From Octopus vulgaris (Eukaryota): 64,000 nt of DNA. The notes under the pieces were generated by a model that worked only from the letters and a program-made list of their open reading frames with translations, was not told the origin of the DNA and made no database searches. The translations under genes were made by a program, and so were the position numbers. The stretch spans positions 9,920,001 to 9,984,000 of the forward strand of contig OX597814.1 in assembly GCA_951406725.2 (NCBI GenBank). The letters are read 5' to 3'. This document shows positions 57,480 to 64,000 of this stretch, piece after piece. Positions within the stretch are counted from its first letter, which is position 1; each line of letters begins with the position of its first letter.

Positions 57480-58579
57480 ACTACCTGTTTGGGCACTGTG
57501 ATTCAGAAGCTGACCAGGAGACAAATTCAAGTAAAGCGTTTTTTAGATATACCGAGACAGTTCTGTGATTAAACAAAAGGGTCTCCTTTCTGTAGAGTCT
57601 GCACTATGGATTCAGTTTACCACAAGACAGATACATTTTACATATGTTTCTAATGCTCTTGATGTGGTAAAATATATGCATACTCATCTAACATTGAAGT
57701 CTTTCTGCAAAACAAGGCATTTGGAGTTAATACAAACCGGAGCACATACTGATTACTTTTTCAGGCATGATACCAGAAAATTCAGAGAGAATAAACTATG
57801 AAATATAAAGATACCAGTACTTGGCTGGTACTTATTTTATCGACTCGGTGTATGGAAAGGCTCTGTTGACCTCCGCAAGTCAAAACGCAACGTTAGAACA
57901 TTTGAGAAAAACAAAATCATTTCAAACCATTATTTCATTTCTTCATATCATTTCATCAAAATTGTAAAATTGCTTGCAGCAGCAGCAACAAGAACAAGAA
58001 CAAGAACAACAACAACAACAGACATGATAATGGAAATGAAGAAGAAATTATATATAGTTAAGTTAAAACCCTACGGTTTAAGCTTTTGTGTTTTCTTGTT
58101 TTACAGTCGTGAGCAAATGGGTATTGAGTGGTTGTTTAGGTCTGAGTTCGTATGTGTGTTTGTGTATATATATTAGTGTTTACTAACACGAGAAATTAAC
58201 AAAACAAATAAATAAATAAAGCGAAAATAACAAAATCAACGAAAACGGCTTCAAATCTCAACTTGAATGATTAGAAAGATTTAGTGGACAAGATGGCGAC
58301 TACAAGTCTCAATGCGTGTGACAAGTTCCCGCCTACCATGTAAACCCCATTGCTATGCCGACGAGTTAGGGATATCGTTAACCGCTGTGAAGTGTGGTGG
58401 TGGGAGCGGTGTTGGTGGTAGTGGTGAAGGTAATGGCTGTGGTGGTGGTGGCGGTGGTAGTGGTAATGGTGCGAGATTATCATTCATCTTAGTATTATCA
58501 TAGCGGTTTTCATCCACATAACGAAATGTAATCGTGTGTATGAAAGGATGAACGCATATATGCATGTCTGCCTGGCTGG

Positions 58580-58669
<90 letters not shown>

Positions 58670-58942
58670 ATCAAGCTAGCTAGCTAGCTATGTGTGCATG
58701 TATGTTTGTATGTATTTATTTGTGCGTGTATGCGTGTGTATGTGTGTGTTTATAAATTTTTATGAATGTAGGCGTATATCTATGTATGTGTGTAACTAAG
58801 TATATCCTTTAATTATTTGGTCTGTTTAAGCCAACACATCTAAAGTTATACTGTAACAATACTGGAGCATTGCCTTCAAGTATGCACAGACAATACATAC
58901 GTACACACACATATATACATGTATAAACATATATACATACGT

Positions 58943-59475
58943 ATGAGTGGCTGTGTGTTAAGTAGATGGTTTACCAACCATATGGTTCCGGGTTCAGTCC
59001 TACTTCGTGGCACCTTGGGCAAGTGTCTTCTACTATAGCCTCGGGTCGACCAAAGCCTTGTGAGTGGATTTGGTAGACGGAAACTGAAAGAAGCTCGTCG
59101 TATATATGTGTGTGTATATGTTTGTGTGTCTGTGTTTGTCCCCCTAACATCGCTTGACAACCGATGTCGGTGTGTTTATATCACCGTAACGTAGCGGTTC
59201 AGCAAGAGACCGATAGAATAAGTACTAGGCTTACAAAGAATAAATCCTGGGCTCGATTTGTTCGACTAAAGGTGGTGCTCCAGCATGGCCACAGTCAAAT
59301 GACTGAAACAAGTAAAAGGGTATAAGAGTAAAAGAGTATCTATATATACATACATACATACATATATCTTTTATCTTTAGGCTGCGGCCATGCTGGGTCA
59401 CCGCCGTTGAATTTTTAGCCGAATGAATCAACCCCAGTACTTATTTTTTAACGCTGGTACTTATTCTATCGGTTA
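58943..59475. mobile_element. SINE family A full length (58943-59338 plus) tail-to-tail with a partial copy (59380-59475 minus)
   Basis: Diagnostic head and tails. Confidence 0.88.
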
Positions 59476-59569
59476 TATATATATATTTTGTTTTTTTTTC
59501 GTACTTGTAATTTTATTCTGTATTTTTATTTTTTGCATTTTTATTTTGTATTTTATTTTGTAATTTTAT

Positions 59570-59945
59570 TTGTATCGTTTTTACGTCCTGGTTTTGTCAC
59601 ATGTTTAACTTTCCTTGTTTTTACCCCCCTGCGAAGTAATTTTATTTAATTCCTTCGCAGGAAGGACTAGTTCCACGAGTCGTGTTCTGTCCTCACCTTC
59701 GAAACACGCTGGAGTTGAACTAGGGACAGCTGATGAAGGGGATTTTTCCTTGTGTAGTTTGTCTTTGTTTTTTTTCGTTTAGGTCCGTGTCCACGTTTGT
59801 TTTTACGTTTTCGTTTCTCGTTGAGTTCTACGTCTATTTGTGGTGTCCTGTACTCACGTATATATATTTATATATGCAGGTATATATACATGTAGATGTA
59901 GGTACGTACATATATGTATGTATGTATGCATATATTTTATTTATT
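59570..59945 (+). mobile_element. Family D element, 5'-truncated, ending at (TA)n
   Basis: TTTTCGTTTCTC.TTG.GTTC.ACG and ATGTAGATGTAGGTACGTACATATATGTATG are reverse complements of 52150-52260. Confidence 0.75.
59681..59741 (+). ncRNA. Candidate non-circularly permuted hammerhead ribozyme
   Basis: CGTG-TT-CTGTCC-tcac-CTTC-GAAA-CACG-(14 nt)-GGGACAG-CTGATGA-A-GGGG. Confidence 0.72.
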
Positions 59946-59946
59946 A

Positions 59947-60014
<68 letters not shown>

Positions 60015-60058
60015 CGGTGCATGCTTAGCCGTGTCGTTACTTCATGCTTAACGTGAAA

Positions 60059-60172
<114 letters not shown>

Positions 60173-60181
60173 GTCTATCTA

Positions 60182-60212
<31 letters not shown>

Positions 60213-60214
<2 letters not shown>

Positions 60215-60385
60215 CGGGAAGGTTTACGAAAATAAACAAAAGACGAAGGCAGGTGGAGTACAAACAAACAAATGTATGGCGCTCAGGAATAGAAATAGAA
60301 CAAGTCTTTTACGTTTCGAGCCTACGCTCTTCGACAGAAAAAAACAAGGAGAGAAACAAGGAGAGGAAAAAATGCGTGTAGGAAC
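60213..60385 (-). mobile_element. Family E-related element with minimal hammerhead-like motif at ~60307-60340
   Basis: Minus strand: ttt-CTGTCGA-A-GAGC gtag GCTC-GAAA-CG-TA-aaa (A6U core variant). Adjacent to (TA)n. Confidence 0.6.
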
Positions 60386-60419
60386 TACCTATCTACTTAT
60401 TAAATCTATCTATCTATAC

Positions 60420-60590
60420 ACCGGGCTTCTTTTAGCTTCGTCTACCAAATCCATTCAATCCATTCACAATGATTTGGCCGGTCCAAGGCTATAGCCGAAG
60501 ACACTTGCCCAGAGTGCAACGCAGTGGAACTGAACACGGAGCCATGTGATTGGGAAACAAGTTTCTTACCACATAGCCACTCCTGCACCT
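60420..60590 (-). mobile_element. SINE family A 5' half
   Basis: GAAGACACTTGCCC ... CTTACCACATAGCCACTCCTGC. Confidence 0.8.
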
Positions 60591-60994
60591 ATGTATTTAT
60601 ATATACACATTCAGATCCTAATGGATGGCGAATGCAATTTCAATTGCAAAATATATTTATTTATATATGTACACATATGCATTTATAACTTCTTTCTTGA
60701 AAGGTGTCATCAATAATGTATACACACGTACACATACATGTGCGCATGTGCAATAACACATCCATACATACATACACAAGCTCATATGTTTGTGTGTAGG
60801 TGTGTATTATCTTCTGAAATTTACACTCGCACAAATACACACATTTATATATGTCTATTTTATACTCACACACACACGGAAATAGGAATATATATACATA
60901 CTCATACATAAATATATATACGTGAACATAAATATCTAAATATATATATATACACACACATACATATACATACTCATATTTATATGCATACACA

Positions 60995-61037
<43 letters not shown>

Positions 61038-61754
61038 ATGGCTTCCGTGTGAGTGCGAATTTGTATATACGTGTGGTTGTATATGTATGTGGAGTATGTT
61101 CATTAAATGATTAGAACCATGAGCGTGCAACATGATGAATATTTCGATTGAGATCGGCTTTAAATCATGTAAACACGTTATCTGACGTCACACTATGCTG
61201 TCTGGACGCAGCAGGCTTTCATTTCTTCCGCTTTAATCCTTAAAAATGCTTTAACAATTAGCTACATTCAAGACCTGATGAAAATGGGTCATAATTTTGG
61301 CGAAGAATATGACAACAGTTTCCTGTTGTTAACATATAATGATTTGCAACGCTGATGTCTCTCTTCCCCCTCTCTCTCTATTAGCTTGTCTTCCTCTCTT
61401 TCTCTCCTTCTAATTCTCTCCACCTTGTTCTCTCTAGTCTCGTCGTTAAATCTCAGTGACGTGATGTCGCCAGGAAACATGTTTTATCGGACCCCGTATT
61501 TTGAAAATCTCTCCATCTAAATAATCCGATCAAAGACATTTCGGAGGGAGGTAGCCATTATTAACTATATCCGCCTTTGATTAAGCGGCTTATTTAATTT
61601 CTTCTTAGATTCCATCTTTGAAATTCAAACGTTATACGCCAAATAATGCAATGTCAAAGAGAAGTCAATGGTGAGAATGCTAACGTTATTCATTACACTT
61701 ATGAAAGACGCCATTAAAGTGATACTCCTTTTTTTGTATTATATATATATATAC

Positions 61755-61809
<55 letters not shown>

Positions 61810-61923
61810 TATACATATATATACATATATATACATACATATACATATATACATGTATACCTACATATGTATATATATGTATGTATATATATATAATTAT
61901 ATACGGATATATATGTTTATGTC

Positions 61924-61975
<52 letters not shown>

Positions 61976-62469
61976 CGTGTGTGTGTGTGTTGTTTGTTAT
62001 CTGCTTGAATGAATCATTATTAGGGCGAAGATACATAAATATTTCTAGAATTCCGCGAAAAAATAAATTAAAAGCAATGTATATGCTTGTGTTCTGGAAT
62101 TCTTATAGACTGTTCATTCTTTTGGATGTGGCCATACTGGAGCATATTTATCGTGTATATTGGAGATAAAGAATGAAATAATGAAACTACAAAATCTAAG
62201 AGGAAAACAAAAAAGAAACAAACTAAAAATGTAACAAAGCGTATAAATTTTCTGTAGGCGGGAGGATATGAAGGTTTATTTGCCTCTAGCTTGTACACAA
62301 ACACACACACACATTTATGTATGTACATATGCATATCTGTGTGTGTATATATATGTACGTGCGTATGTGTATATATATATATATACATATATACACATAT
62401 ATATACACATATACACACACATAATATACATGTATATACATATATATACTGTATACATATATATATATG

Positions 62470-62551
<82 letters not shown>

Positions 62552-62609
62552 TATATAAGTTTTACGATTTACTCATTTAACAAATCAATTTTCCCCATTG
62601 CATTTAACT

Positions 62610-63135
62610 AAAATATAATTAATCCGTTCCAGACTCCCAAACAGCACTAAAATAATGTTTTATGAGTTTTACGACAGAAAAGGTGTAGTTACAAGTAAAA
62701 TGACAATTATAAAAATGAGAATGCATAAGTAATATGTAAACTAGTATTATTAACTGAATTACCTTAAAGATTGGACGATTTGTGCACGAGGAAGACGATA
62801 GAGCGGGAAGGAAAAATATTATTGTTTGGAAGGAGAATCTCCTTCCATTAAGGCTTCATGAAGAACAATTTCTGGCCTTTTCTCTCTCACTTCGCTTAAT
62901 TTAGGCTTTTTGGACACACTTTCTTCACTTCTTACACTTGCAGGCCGTTTCATTAAAAACATATCAAGAGAGTTCTGCTTTTTCCTGCCTTTCAAAATGT
63001 TGAGAAAATGCACTAGAGCAGTGTCATTAAATAAAGCAGCTGCCCGACCTTCAGATACTTTTTCAGAATGATATTTTTCTACAAATTCAGAAACATACTG
63101 CCACTTTTCCAAGACTGCTTTTATGCCACTCATAG
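62610..63135 (-). pseudogene. Tigger/pogo-like transposase C-terminal fragment
   Basis: KWQYVSEFVEKYHSEK...ALFNDTALVHFLNILKGRKKQNSLDMFL...MEGDSPSKQ*, resembling Tigger-type C-termini (KQxSLDxF). Confidence 0.75.
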
Positions 63136-63673
63136 AAATAGCCTTCTCTGCTACACTGTCCCCCGCTACACTGCCAGGCCAGATCGATGATTTACAGGCA
63201 GTTTACAATGTTGTAGTGATCCTTTCAGAACTCACAAAGATTTGTATATATATATTTTCAGTTACTACGTTTTGTACTACGTTTTATGAAATTGATTTGG
63301 CAACGATGAAGTAATCCTCAGTATTTTGTACGTATCACATACAGGCATGAGCTTAACCAGATTGAAACCGGTTCAAAAGATATATCACTCAATTGCCTTT
63401 CGATGCTGTTTGATACGGTGGATATAGCTCACTAGGTGGCGAATTCTAAGTCGGGGATATCCCAGAAGCAGCTGTAAGACTGAATTTTTTCCAATAATAA
63501 TGCTGTATGCAACTTGAGATGCTTGCCTTGCTTTAATATTTGCTGTCCTATTTAACAATTATATATCTGCCGCATCGGAAATCTGCAATGGCTCTATAAC
63601 TGCTATCTCGGCTATAACCTTGGAGCCCTAGTAATCCGTTATAGCACTTACCTAGCGTACCTAATCATTTAGA

Positions 63674-64000
63674 TCACCTGTGAACTATGACAGCTTTCAA
63701 AGAATATTTGGTGTTATGGTCGTGTTCATAGACCTCTCTCTCAACGACGCTCCACATGTAATAGTCCAATGGATTAAGATCTGGGGAATTAGGAGGCCAA
63801 ATGTTAGGGGTTATGTGACCATGAAAAGTCTCAGCCATCCATACCTGTGTTACTAGAACCATGTGTGATAGTACAGGGCCTTACTGAAACACATATGGCC
63901 TTCCATTGCATACACTGCCTATCCAGGTCTTAACAATTATTTCCAGGACCTCAATATAGGTGGCAGAGTTAACTCTAAGGCTTTGTGGAAAGAAGTAAGG
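63674..64000 (-). pseudogene. maT/mariner-like DDD transposase fragment (continues beyond window)
   Basis: PYFFPQSLRVNSATYIEVL...GRPYVFQ*...WPPNSPDLNPLDYYMWSVVERE. Confidence 0.88.

Overview
AT-rich eukaryotic non-coding DNA, saturated with microsatellites ((TA)n, (CA)n, (TATG)n, (TATC)n, (GAT)n, (GAA)n) and transposon debris. The repeat landscape (several tRNA-derived SINE families, extreme microsatellite load) points to an octopus/coleoid cephalopod genome; this is inference, no search was run. No intact host gene can be supported, and almost all long ORFs in the track are microsatellite read-throughs. Recognisable protein relics: a Penelope-like GIY-YIG endonuclease, L1/Tx1-like and CR1-like LINE pieces, three Tc1/mariner (maT-like) DDD pieces and a Tigger/pogo C-terminus. 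The main hidden signal is RNA-structural. About nine hammerhead ribozyme (HHR) motifs sit in small, mostly (TA)n-embedded non-autonomous elements. Two diverged copies (52339-52400 minus, 59681-59741 plus) appear to be non-circularly permuted ('scrambled') hammerheads, supported by compensatory base changes. The window also holds two apparent SINE/LINE partner pairs that share 3' tails. All folds and alignments were done by eye, and most element boundaries are approximate.
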